The position numbers and the translations under genes were made by a program. 64,000 bases of DNA, from positions 37,417 to 101,416 of IMG/VR virus record IMGVR_UViG_3300032291_001290, one strand, 5' to 3'. The stretch is from a virus. Positions 50,299 through 61,000 of the stretch are shown here, in pieces. Under the pieces are notes generated by a model that was not told the origin of the DNA, made no database searches, and saw only the letters and a program-made list of their open reading frames with translations. Numbering within the stretch: position 1 is the stretch's first letter; each line of letters begins with the position of its first letter.

Positions 50299-53200
50299 AT
50301 GAAAATAGCCGCACTACTTGAAAGCCGTAAATGCCTACTTGAAGGCGGTAACCTATCTATTGGATCACAGCAAGCACAACAATTAGACCTAAAGGTTACA
50401 AATCGTAACTACATGGTTCCTAAATTAAATGAACTATTATATGCAATCAATCAGGCTTATGCTAAGATGTATAAGCAACCACTATGGAATCCAAAAGTAT
50501 TAGCAAGTGGTGAGTTCTTAAGTGGAAGTAGTTTACACTTCTTTAATGTTAAGGGTATTTCTGATGAAACTTTTGTTGCAAAGAAACCAACTGTTGGTGA
50601 CATTGATACAATGGTTGACAAAACAAAAGAAACTGATTTACAACAATTCTTAACTGCATACACAAATAAACAAATTGGTCCTGCTAAGTTTTTAGGCTTT
50701 CAACGTGGTAATGAACAGTTCTCAGGATTGTTTGAATTACAAGACCCACCGGTAAAGGTACAAATAGATTTTGAATTTGTAGAGTTTGAAAATGATTTGC
50801 CAACTGATTGGGCTAAATTTAGTCATAGTAGTTCATGGGAAGATTTGCAAGCAGGTGTTAAGGGTGTATTCCACAAGTGGCTGATTCAAGCATTCACTGC
50901 ATTAACACGTAAAGATTTTTTACTACGCAAAATGAAGGGCCGCGGTAAACTACGTCAAGAGGTTGATGAACCCATGACAGATAACATGTATAGTTTTGCT
51001 GTGTCTAGTAAAGAAGGTGGTGGATTACGTGCAAAGTACGAACCAGTTTTAGATGAAAATGGTAAGCCATTAGTAATCGATGGATTGCCCGTAATGCGTG
51101 AGGCACCTACTGCAGGCTACCAACAAAACATTGGACAGATTTTTTCAACAATCTTAGGACAACGTTTAAGTCCTAAACAAGCACAAGCATTACAAAAACA
51201 ATTCTGGTCGTTCACTGGCTTATTGAATGTCATGAATACATTGATGAGTCCAGAAGAAAAAGAACAAGTATTGAACGGATTCCTGCAAAAGACAATTGGT
51301 CTCGGTGCTCAAGGAATGTACAAAAACAATCCTGATAAAGATATTGCCGAAAAGACTACTGCCATCAACACAATGCTTCAAACATTGAAGTTACCTAAGC
51401 CAGCTAATTTAGATAAAATGCTACAAGATTATCGTCAAGCATACAAGATGACTGGCACAGATGAAGGTGTTGAGACAAGAAAAAATATTGTCAAGAGTAT
51501 GGCTAAAAACACACTTGATGAGGCTGCACCGAGTTATAAACGCAAAGGTATTCAACACATATACAATCCTGGATCAAGTACTGAGATGAAGGATGTAGAC
51601 TTCATTAACTTTGCAAAAGAAATCGCACAAGACGGTGGCAAGTTTCAAGGCGTTCCAATCAACTTGAAAGTTGATGGTGCTGGTATTAGATTTGGTAAAA
51701 CACCTGAAGGTGAGCCATTCTTCATGACCAGTCGTGTTGACAAGCCCATGACAGCAGATAATATTGGTGATTTTGAAAATTACGGAAGAAGTCAAGGTCA
51801 AGGAGCAGAACAGTTAGCACGTACACAGAATTATGATAAAGCATTATCTACTATTGTTAATGCTGATTTTATGAAAGATATCCCATCTGATACTATTGTT
51901 CAGGCAGAGATGTTATTCAATCCAATGGCACAACAAGATGATGGTGGTTATAAATTTGTAAATATTCCATACGATCCTAAGAAATTGGGAAAGTCAATGA
52001 CTCTTGTTCCAATAAGTGTTAAGCAATATAGCACAGGGGAAACAAGACCTGATAGTCAAAAGATTAAGCAAGCATTAATCAAAGACAGCACACCTGACAT
52101 TAAAATGATAAACAATACTCTATCACATAAGGGTATTGATGTTAGTAAAATCATTAATCCAATTATTAAAAATGCCGAGACACTTACAAACGCTGTAGGA
52201 CAAAGGGGAGATACTCCTGACAAACAAAAAGCAAAAACTATATTAAGTAAAGCAAGACAAGCATTAAGCAGTGCTATTATTAGTAGCCCCATTGCAGGAA
52301 AAGATCAATTGGGTGATATGATTGAAGGTCTTGTTATCAATATGCCAAGTGGTACGCTTGCAAAAGTTACTAGCCCTGATATGCAAAACAAGATGGCTGC
52401 AAAGCAAGCTATGAATAAGAAACCAACAGAAGGTAGTAATCGTGTTAAACCTGCTGTAGTTACAATTGGTAGTTTTGTAGGACATAAAGGTCATCAACAA
52501 TTAATTCAACAAACGATTGATACTGCTAAAAGTGTAGGTGGTGATCCTTATATCTATGTTAGTCCTGTAATGGGACCAGATGATCCTATTCCACCAGCAG
52601 ATAAAGTTAAAACATTACAAGCATTGTATCCACAATACGCAAACAATATTCAAGTTTGGAATCCTCAAGGTACTCCAATGAAGAAGATTGAGAAAGAACT
52701 TGTTATTCCAGCAAATAGTCCATACAACAAAGTCATCTTATTAGTGGGTGATGACCGTTATGAAGGTATGAAAAACTGGATGAATAGTTTAGAAAAGCGC
52801 ATGAAAGATCCAGCAGCCGTTGCTAAGTATGGCGGCACACAAAATCAAGTTGACTTTGAAACAGTTAGAACAGAACGTGATCCAACTAAAGGTGGTACTG
52901 GTATTAGTTTTACACAACTACGTAACAAACTAAAAGATTCCAATGCAAGTGAACAGGACAAATTGAACTATTGGATGCAAGCATTCGACGGTGAAACCTT
53001 GGGAGCAAATTGGATTAAACATCTTATGGACGTAACAGCAAAGAACATGGGTATCCAGCAACAACAAGCTATTAAAGAATATGTTGAGAGAGTTAAAGTA
53101 TTGTTGCCACACGCTACTCCTGAACAAAAAGCTAAAATTTACGAATCATTAGTTAGAGCAAAAGCTAAGTTGGATGAAGGCAAGAAAAAGAAAAAGAAAA

Positions 53201-54474
53201 AATCTTCAAAATCACTGAGAGGTTATTTCTTCCCGGGTTATGCCTATTATGGTGGCGGAGAATCTGGTGAAGGTGGTGGCGGAGACGGCGGTGGCGAAAG
53301 TATAAACCGTGGCATGTCGGAAGATGAATTCGAAGAGGGTATCGGTAAAGCATTGGGCACCGCAGCTTTAGCAGGTAGTCTAGCATTAGGTGGCTTATCA
53401 CAAATGGGTAAAACAACAGACACCAACTGGGATAAATTACCACAACAAATGAGTACTCAACAAGATACAACCGGTGATGAAAAGGTTATGTCTGTAACCG
53501 GACCTAACAATAAAGGTGAGTATCGTGTTAGAGTTACTACAGGTAATGATGTACAAGAATTTATTACTAAAACTCCACCAAAGAGTTTAGAAGAAGATAA
53601 AGAAACAGATCCTGTGACTAAAGCAGTAATAAGTTTTTACAAACCTGTAGTCAATAATATTCATAAAGAAAAAGTAGATAACTACGTTGACCAAGCACGT
53701 GACCTATTACAAAAAACAGATGATCCTAAAGTTCGTAGCAAGTTAATTGATATCTTTAAAAAAGGTAAAGAGAATCCATATATACAAGGTGGAATAGTTA
53801 CTACTATCGGTGCATTGTTAGCAGGTGGTGTATTAACCACTGCACAAAGAATGGGACTAAGTCCTTCACAAACTAACCTAGCACTACAGGCAATATTAAA
53901 CACTGTTATTCCTACTGTTGTTTCACGTATCAATGGTAAAAGCTGGAGTGATACTGTCAAGTATACATTGGCTAGTGCGGGTATAGGAACTGGCATTGCT
54001 GGTGCAGGTTTAATAGAAGCTGGAAACATTGAACGTAAAGAAAGTTTTCGAGGACGTACTACCCCGGATGTTGAATACATTGTAAAAGATGATAATGGAA
54101 ATATCGTAAGACATTGCAAGACTAAAAAAGAAGCCAAGCTATGGTATGATATGATTAATCTAAGTCAAGAAGAAATGTGGGCTAAGTATCCTCAATTAAA
54201 AGTTAATGAAGAATTAAACGAATTAATGAAAATGGGTGCTACTATTGAACCTATGGAAGAAAATATTCTAGGATTCATGACCAAATCTCCCGCAAAGAAA
54301 TCTTCTACTAAGGTAGATGACTTTACCGCTAAACTTATATCAAATAGACAAAAATCACAACCATCAACTAAAGAAAAAAGATATAGTGGATACGAAGAAT
54401 ATATAAAAGACAAAGAGTTAAATCCTCAGCAGGTCAATATGTCCGAAAGCCATGATTATTTAGAAGAAAAATAA
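50299..54474 (+). CDS. 1391-aa multidomain protein: pol-beta-like NTase + ligase-type adenylyltransferase + HIGH-family cytidylyltransferase-like + small modules
   Basis: SGSS...GDIDT (50596); LKVDG/QAEML/IEGLVI/LAKV ligase motifs (from 51667); HKGH (52483), VGDDR, ISFTQLR. Confidence 0.7.
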   Translation: MKIAALLESRKCLLEGGNLSIGSQQAQQLDLKVTNRNYMVPKLNELLYAINQAYAKMYKQPLWNPKVLASGEFLSGSSLHFFNVKGISDETFVAKKPTVGDIDTMVDKTKETDLQQFLTAYTNKQIGPAKFLGFQRGNEQFSGLFELQDPPVKVQIDFEFVEFENDLPTDWAKFSHSSSWEDLQAGVKGVFHKWLIQAFTALTRKDFLLRKMKGRGKLRQEVDEPMTDNMYSFAVSSKEGGGLRAKYEPVLDENGKPLVIDGLPVMREAPTAGYQQNIGQIFSTILGQRLSPKQAQALQKQFWSFTGLLNVMNTLMSPEEKEQVLNGFLQKTIGLGAQGMYKNNPDKDIAEKTTAINTMLQTLKLPKPANLDKMLQDYRQAYKMTGTDEGVETRKNIVKSMAKNTLDEAAPSYKRKGIQHIYNPGSSTEMKDVDFINFAKEIAQDGGKFQGVPINLKVDGAGIRFGKTPEGEPFFMTSRVDKPMTADNIGDFENYGRSQGQGAEQLARTQNYDKALSTIVNADFMKDIPSDTIVQAEMLFNPMAQQDDGGYKFVNIPYDPKKLGKSMTLVPISVKQYSTGETRPDSQKIKQALIKDSTPDIKMINNTLSHKGIDVSKIINPIIKNAETLTNAVGQRGDTPDKQKAKTILSKARQALSSAIISSPIAGKDQLGDMIEGLVINMPSGTLAKVTSPDMQNKMAAKQAMNKKPTEGSNRVKPAVVTIGSFVGHKGHQQLIQQTIDTAKSVGGDPYIYVSPVMGPDDPIPPADKVKTLQALYPQYANNIQVWNPQGTPMKKIEKELVIPANSPYNKVILLVGDDRYEGMKNWMNSLEKRMKDPAAVAKYGGTQNQVDFETVRTERDPTKGGTGISFTQLRNKLKDSNASEQDKLNYWMQAFDGETLGANWIKHLMDVTAKNMGIQQQQAIKEYVERVKVLLPHATPEQKAKIYESLVRAKAKLDEGKKKKKKKSSKSLRGYFFPGYAYYGGGESGEGGGGDGGGESINRGMSEDEFEEGIGKALGTAALAGSLALGGLSQMGKTTDTNWDKLPQQMSTQQDTTGDEKVMSVTGPNNKGEYRVRVTTGNDVQEFITKTPPKSLEEDKETDPVTKAVISFYKPVVNNIHKEKVDNYVDQARDLLQKTDDPKVRSKLIDIFKKGKENPYIQGGIVTTIGALLAGGVLTTAQRMGLSPSQTNLALQAILNTVIPTVVSRINGKSWSDTVKYTLASAGIGTGIAGAGLIEAGNIERKESFRGRTTPDVEYIVKDDNGNIVRHCKTKKEAKLWYDMINLSQEEMWAKYPQLKVNEELNELMKMGATIEPMEENILGFMTKSPAKKSSTKVDDFTAKLISNRQKSQPSTKEKRYSGYEEYIKDKELNPQQVNMSESHDYLEEK

Positions 54475-54524
54475 TTCGTACACCTCAAACTGATGTAAAT
54501 AATTATATCATTTAAGAGGATCAA

Positions 54525-55430
54525 ATGGCAACTAAGAAAACCAAACAAACTGAAGAAAAAACTGTACCAGTAGAAGCTGTGCAGGAAATTGCCGAACAAG
54601 CGGCACAAGAGCAACAACAAGCCCCGCAACAGGGTCAAGTTCAAGTTAACGTAGACTTTCTAAAAACTACCCGTGTACACATTGCTATGCCATGTTACGG
54701 TGGTATGTTAACTGAAAGTACATTCATGTCATTTATTAAATGGGCAAACACGGCCCGTCAGCTTGGCATTGATTGGACATTAGAAACAATGGTTAACGAA
54801 TCATTGATTAGTCGTGCCCGTAATACATTGACTGCAAAGTTCTTGGACATGCCAGACGCAACACACTTGTTCTTTGTTGACGCTGACATTGGTTGGGAAC
54901 CATGGCACTTATTAGTATTACTAAACCGTGATGTTGATGTTATCGGTGGATTATATCCAATGAAGACTATGCCAATCAAGTGGGTAGTTAACGGCTTTGA
55001 AGGTGCAGAAGAAGGTGCTGACGGCTTACAAGAAGTAAGTAAAGCAGGTACAGGTTTCTTGTTGATGAAGAAGCATGTATTTGAAAAGATGAAAACTCAT
55101 CCTGCAGTTAAGCAGTACAAGAACGACATTGGATTAGATCCAAAGTATGATGTACATTTGAAAACATACTTTGATACCGCAGTTCGTCAAAATCGTTATT
55201 ATAGTGAAGATTGGACATTCTGTGAAAACTGGCGTGACATGGGCGGCCGTATTTGGGTTGACAAACGTGTATTATTACGTCACTCAGGTTCTTATGTGTT
55301 CTGTCAAGAAAATCAAGAACACTTGATGAAAACAATTGGACCTATGTTCTTAGAACAGCAACAACAATTAGCTGGTTTAAAACTAGTTGATAAAGACGGT
55401 AATGAAGTCAAGTCAATAACAGTTCAGTAA
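54525..55430 (+). CDS. GT-A fold glycosyltransferase-like protein
   Basis: IAMPCYGG, ESLISRARN, FVDADIGW (DxD), GTGFLL, SEDW.FC..WR..GG.IW.D..LRHSG. Confidence 0.75.
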   Translation: MATKKTKQTEEKTVPVEAVQEIAEQAAQEQQQAPQQGQVQVNVDFLKTTRVHIAMPCYGGMLTESTFMSFIKWANTARQLGIDWTLETMVNESLISRARNTLTAKFLDMPDATHLFFVDADIGWEPWHLLVLLNRDVDVIGGLYPMKTMPIKWVVNGFEGAEEGADGLQEVSKAGTGFLLMKKHVFEKMKTHPAVKQYKNDIGLDPKYDVHLKTYFDTAVRQNRYYSEDWTFCENWRDMGGRIWVDKRVLLRHSGSYVFCQENQEHLMKTIGPMFLEQQQQLAGLKLVDKDGNEVKSITVQ

Positions 55431-55433
55431 AAG

Positions 55434-55454
55434 AAAGCCCCGAAAGGGGCTTTT
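55434..55454 (+). terminator. Intrinsic terminator with GAAA tetraloop
   Basis: AAAGCCCC-GAAA-GGGGCTTTT. Confidence 0.85.
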
Positions 55455-55470
55455 GTTTGATAAATACTAT

Positions 55471-57225
55471 ATGAATTTAAAAGAACTTGATTCCTTTCGT
55501 CTTTCCGATGCAGTCACCTTCCATGATGAACTTAATCCAAAGTTATGGAATAATAATAACTTGCGTCCGGAAGTTAAATTACAACTTAAATTAATAGCAA
55601 GAGACTTTTTAGAAGAATTAGGTATAAAGGGAATAGATGTAGAGGACTTAACTGTTTCAGGTAGTAATGCCGCATATAGTTATACCCCTCATTCAGACTT
55701 AGATTTACACATATTAGTTGATATGAGTAAAATGCCCAATGATGAAATATATAAAGAACTATTCAATGCAAAAAAATCATTATACAATGATAGCCACGAT
55801 ATAAAAATACATGGGGTACCCGTAGAGTTATATGTACAAGACGCCAGAGAACCAGTAATAAGTCTAGGTGAGTACAGTATCCTTAATGATAAATGGCTTA
55901 GAATCCCAACTAAGCGTAGAGCAAATTTTGACCAAACCGCCACTAAAGCAAAATATGAAAAATTATTAAATCTTATAGAGATAGCACTTAAGACCAAAAA
56001 ATATAGTAAAGTTCAAAATATAATTAAAACAATTAGAAGATATAGACAAGCAGGATTAGATAATGGTGGTGAGTTTGGTCCTGAAAATTTAGCATATAAA
56101 GCCTTGCGTAGTCAAGGTTACATTACAAAATTATATGATTTAAAAGATAAACTACATAGTGAGTTATTGACTATTGAAAATATGTATCAACCAATCACAG
56201 ACGAGGATTACGACCCAAATGGTCCTCCCCCTGGTCCTGAGTTTAAGCCAACAATGCCGGCAGGTACAGTTAGAGTAGATGTAAGCGATGTATATGATTG
56301 GTATAAGTTAGGTCAACATATCAGTAACCTTAAAGGGTTAGGTAAGCATGACTTTGGTAAAGGACCTCCAAGTACTATCATGGCATTTGGTGATGAAGAT
56401 TTAGAACACCAATACATCAACGATTTAAAAAAGACTGGATTGACAACAACTGATATTGATCCAGTTGACCCCAATCAACCTAAGGGTATGAAGCGTCAGA
56501 AAGTTGATCCTACATATAATGTTAATGAAGGCTTTGACCAACCATATCCCTTAACGTGGGAAAAGAGTGAGTACGGTGATGTTGATGCATTAGCTAAATT
56601 ACCAGATGGTAGCCCACTAAGTATCATGTTCAACAATCAACAAGATGACGAAGGTGAAGAAGTCGTGCAAGTTGAATTTTATAGAAACAACAGTCAAGAA
56701 GTAACGGGCGAGGGTGACGCAATGCGTGTCTTTGCTACAGTATTGACTGCGATTCAACAGTATGTTAAAAAGTACAAGCCTGTAAGATTGACATTTTCAG
56801 CAAGGAAAGAAGTGGAACAGGGTCAAAACCCTGAAAGTCGTGCTAAGTTATACGATAGATTGGTACAGCGTTACAGCAAAGCATGGGGCTATAGAGCATT
56901 CAGGGCAGACAATGGCGATTTAGTTATATATGAATTATCTAATGTAAACAAAAAAGTAGCAGAGGATGAAACATTGCAATTTGCTGCCGAAAAAACACCA
57001 GCAATAAATCCATATGGTGGCCGTAAAGATATTCAATATCGTGGATCAATGTCAGAAGCAAGTGGTTATATTCCCAGTGAAAAAGAGAAAAACGACTCAC
57101 GTTTTAGTTCAGCATTGACAGGAGATGTTCATCCTGATTCAATTAAAAAGAACGCAAAAGCATTCGGATGGCGCACTAGTAGAGCCGGAATTCCCCCAAC
57201 AGCAAAAGCAAACGGCAAAATCTGA
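55471..57225 (+). CDS. Pol-beta superfamily nucleotidyltransferase fused to C-terminal modules
   Basis: VSGSNAAYSY...SDLDLH, VELYVQD; modules begin after ITDE, VNE, VAE, MSE. Confidence 0.75.
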   Translation: MNLKELDSFRLSDAVTFHDELNPKLWNNNNLRPEVKLQLKLIARDFLEELGIKGIDVEDLTVSGSNAAYSYTPHSDLDLHILVDMSKMPNDEIYKELFNAKKSLYNDSHDIKIHGVPVELYVQDAREPVISLGEYSILNDKWLRIPTKRRANFDQTATKAKYEKLLNLIEIALKTKKYSKVQNIIKTIRRYRQAGLDNGGEFGPENLAYKALRSQGYITKLYDLKDKLHSELLTIENMYQPITDEDYDPNGPPPGPEFKPTMPAGTVRVDVSDVYDWYKLGQHISNLKGLGKHDFGKGPPSTIMAFGDEDLEHQYINDLKKTGLTTTDIDPVDPNQPKGMKRQKVDPTYNVNEGFDQPYPLTWEKSEYGDVDALAKLPDGSPLSIMFNNQQDDEGEEVVQVEFYRNNSQEVTGEGDAMRVFATVLTAIQQYVKKYKPVRLTFSARKEVEQGQNPESRAKLYDRLVQRYSKAWGYRAFRADNGDLVIYELSNVNKKVAEDETLQFAAEKTPAINPYGGRKDIQYRGSMSEASGYIPSEKEKNDSRFSSALTGDVHPDSIKKNAKAFGWRTSRAGIPPTAKANGKI

Positions 57226-57280
57226 TAACTTTCCATATTATGGTATTTTGATAAATACTATATAACATTGGAATCACATT

Positions 57281-58084
57281 ATGCGTTTTACAGAAATATC
57301 AGAATCTACAGTAGCCGGCTCAATCTCAACCGTAGCAATGCCTATGATGGCTCAAGCCCGAGAAAGTGTTAAAGTTCCTGGACTAAAACCAGTTGAATAT
57401 TTGATGAAGGGTAAAGTCAAAAAGAAAGGTTCTTACGGTAATAGTATTGCAGAAAGCAAAGTTAATGAAGAAGACATTTCTGAACAAGACTTAATTATTG
57501 TTCCTGGTCAGGGTCGCACTAGTAAAACTGGTTTAATTAAACATGGCCAAAGTCGTTTAGACCATGAAGTAGAAATGGCACGTAGTGATTTATTCAGTGC
57601 CGCAAAAAATGCTAAAAAAGTATTTAACATGATTAAAGATGTTAGTGAAGAAGAAGGTCTTGAAGGCTGGGTACAAGAAAAGATTATTAAAGCCAATGAC
57701 TATCTAAACACTATCCGTGAATACTTAGAAGGAAAACAACTTCAAAGTGTGGCGGAAGTAACCGGAGATGAAAAATTTGATAAGATGATGACAACTATCA
57801 AACAGGGCACTAACAAACAAAAAACCGCAGATCGTAAAGAACAACAAAAACAAACCCAACAACGTGCCCGTGATGCTTTTGGCAATATGTTTGGTGGCGG
57901 CAATCCTGCTGATAAACTCAGTATCAGGAAAGGTGTAGCGGAAGGTGCAAAAGTTGATAGAATGGTAAAGCATGTCAAGTCTAGCGAAAAGAAACTTGGT
58001 CACTCAGATAAAGAAGCAGAGAACATTGCATGGGCAACAGCTAACAAGCGCGGTATGTTAGATAACAAGAATAAGAAAAAGTAA
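57281..58084 (+). CDS. Modular internal-head-like protein
   Basis: MRFTEISE start, DHEVEMARSDL...LEGWVQEKI module, two xVAE junctions. Confidence 0.7.
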   Translation: MRFTEISESTVAGSISTVAMPMMAQARESVKVPGLKPVEYLMKGKVKKKGSYGNSIAESKVNEEDISEQDLIIVPGQGRTSKTGLIKHGQSRLDHEVEMARSDLFSAAKNAKKVFNMIKDVSEEEGLEGWVQEKIIKANDYLNTIREYLEGKQLQSVAEVTGDEKFDKMMTTIKQGTNKQKTADRKEQQKQTQQRARDAFGNMFGGGNPADKLSIRKGVAEGAKVDRMVKHVKSSEKKLGHSDKEAENIAWATANKRGMLDNKNKKK

Positions 58085-61000
58085 TAACATGAGTAATATT
58101 TTAAAAGGTTTATTGAACGAAGCCAATCCATATCGCATAAGCGAACCAGAACGTGAGTATGGTGCGCCATTTCAATCTCGTCCAAGAATGGGACCACAAG
58201 AACCAGAAGATGTACCTGATGACTTACCACCACAAGATCCATTCAAACAAGACCCTGCTAAACTAGCAAAAGTAGAATATAGCAAAGATGAAGGTGAAGC
58301 ACCAAACGGCAAACGTTATAACACGGTTATGTCAATTAGTGGTCCTTCAAACGCAGTACGTAATGAAGTTGAGATGTTTAACAAACATCATTGGGGTGCA
58401 AAAAAGATTGTTGACATGAAAACAATTGAAGCAAAGACTCCAAATGGCCCTGCACAGTATACAGTATACATAGTTGACAATCACAAGTATGGCATGTGGA
58501 CTCCATTTAAAGGTGAAAAGCCAGTTGGTGAACCTTTAGTGTTCAAAGAAAGTCAAAATGGTATTAGTGCTAGTGATTTAGCTGACATACTTTATAATCG
58601 CTTAGAAATGCGATATCCTGATATTGTCTCACGTTACGGGCATGAAGTAGTAGGTGATACAATAATGGATGTAGCTGACTTTCATGCTGGCTCAGAAGAA
58701 TTAGGCACTAGTGATGTAAGTATAATGATTCGTCAAATATTGAAAAAATTAGAAAACTACAATGTTGACGAAAGTAAAGAACAAGATTACGGACCCGAAT
58801 ATCAAGCAATGGTAAATCGTGTAGGTCAATTAGCAAAACAAGGTGAGCGTAAAACTGTTTATGATCCTGTTAAGCGTGTGTATAAGACGGTGCCAGTTAA
58901 CCCACCTAAACAGCAAGGCATGGCGGAAGGATCCAATGACGATAATTTCACAATTAATGATATTCATCAACTAGAACAGATTAAAGATTTTGAAACTTTA
59001 AAAGCTAGAGCCAAATATTTAATCAAAGGTAAACCTGCAAGACGCATGAAGCCTGAAAAAATTGCATATTTTTATGACAGAGTAGACACATTAACATCAC
59101 CCATAAAAGTGATTAAAATGATGTATGACTTGTTATTAGCTGGTGAAGGTATGAAAACAATAGGTTCACAAAACAGTACTAATCCAAATGCATATCAAAA
59201 ACGTTTTACCGAAGAAGAACAAGGTGTGGCGGAAGCCCGTACTGACAAAAATCTAACTGAACCAACTTCCTACATACAAGTTAAACAACTTATCGATAAG
59301 ATGGATAAGGGTGGCAAAAATCGTATAGCAAAAGCATTAAGAAAAAATTTAGGTATCACTACACAAGATCAATTAGATGAAAAGTGGAGTCAAAAGTATA
59401 AGAGTAGCATAAATTGTTCACATCCAAAAGGCTTTAGTCAAAAGGCTCACTGTGCTGGTAAGAAAAAGCACAATGAAAGTATTGAGATGGAAATGGTCTG
59501 TGAAGATTGTGGAATGTGCGAGACACATGCCGACCATCAAAATCTAGACGAGGCATGTTGGAAAGGTTATCACAAAGAAGGTAACAAAAAAATGTTTGGC
59601 AAAACATACCCTAACTGCGTGAAGAATGAAGATATTGAAGAAGATAATTCTAGGATCGCAAGAAAACCAGGACAACCTGCTAATAGTAAAAAGCATAGCG
59701 ATTTATACACAGATGAAAATCCTAAAGGCACTATCACTGGTTTAAAATTTGCTACAGCAGAGGATGCTAGAGCCAGTGTATCAAAGATTCGTAACAGTAG
59801 TCGTAGTCACGCACATAAGATTCAAGCCGCTGTAGCAATGGAACAACGTGCTAAGGCTGCAGGAAAATCTGAGGCAGCGTCAGTATATAGAAAATATATA
59901 AATGCTACTAAAAAAACTGACGAGGGTATGGATTTAGAAGAAGCCTGTTGGGATACACATAAGCAAGTAGGTATGAAAAATAAAGGCGGCAAACAAGTTC
60001 CTAACTGTGTGCCTAAGGAAAGTGTGGCGGAAGGCAAAGTTATTAATACCTATCTTTGGCATGGGTCAAGACAAAAGATTCCTATGCTAGAGCCAAGACA
60101 ATCAGTTGATACAGGCGGTGCCGCAGGTAGCAATCAAAATGCTATCTATGCTACCAGTGATCCTAAAGTGGCAATAGCAGTTGGTGGATTGACTACTCCT
60201 GATTCAGATACCGCAATGTTTCCCAACGATCCGCAGATGGTTTTATTCAGTGGCAAAATAAGAAAAGGAGAAAATGTGTATCTGCACAAATTACCTTTCT
60301 ACGGCACAGACGGTAAACCGCAGTTTGTTCAAGGTGCCCATGACAGAGAATTTTATTCAATGCCCGGAGTAAAAGGCATCAAACCTGTAGAAATAAAAGC
60401 AGTTCCAGTAAACAAATATTTGAATTTAATCAGAAAAGCAACGCCAGCAGACTTAAAATTGCGTAAGAAGTATATGAAACAGCAAGGTGTGGCGGAAGGC
60501 TCCGATTCCAATCTATCATATCAAGGTAATTGCACAGAAGATGATGTTATTGAACATATTTTTGGTGATGTTAATAACTTTGCTAACATGGTTGAAGAAC
60601 ACGGTGACGAATTTACTGTTGGTGATTTAGTTGTCAAGTATGATCCAGAAACAGATGTTCATAGTTTCTACTATAAGAAGCAAGGTGTGGCGGAAGAACA
60701 ACATAGTTGCCCACACTGCGGTGGTGAGATGGTTAGTGAAGAACTAATGAACGAAAAGAAAGATGCTTGTTACTACAAAGTTAAGAGTCGTTATAAAGTA
60801 TGGCCTAGTGCTTACGCCAGTGGTGCATTAGTTAAGTGTCGCAAGAAAGGTGCCGCTAACTGGGGCAACAGCACCAAGAATGAAGATTCTATGGATCAAG
60901 TAGACGAGAGTTTGCATGATTGGTTTAATAAAGAAAAATGGGTTCGTATGGACACCAAAGGAAATATAAAAGGACCATGTGCAAGAGAACCAGGTGAAGG

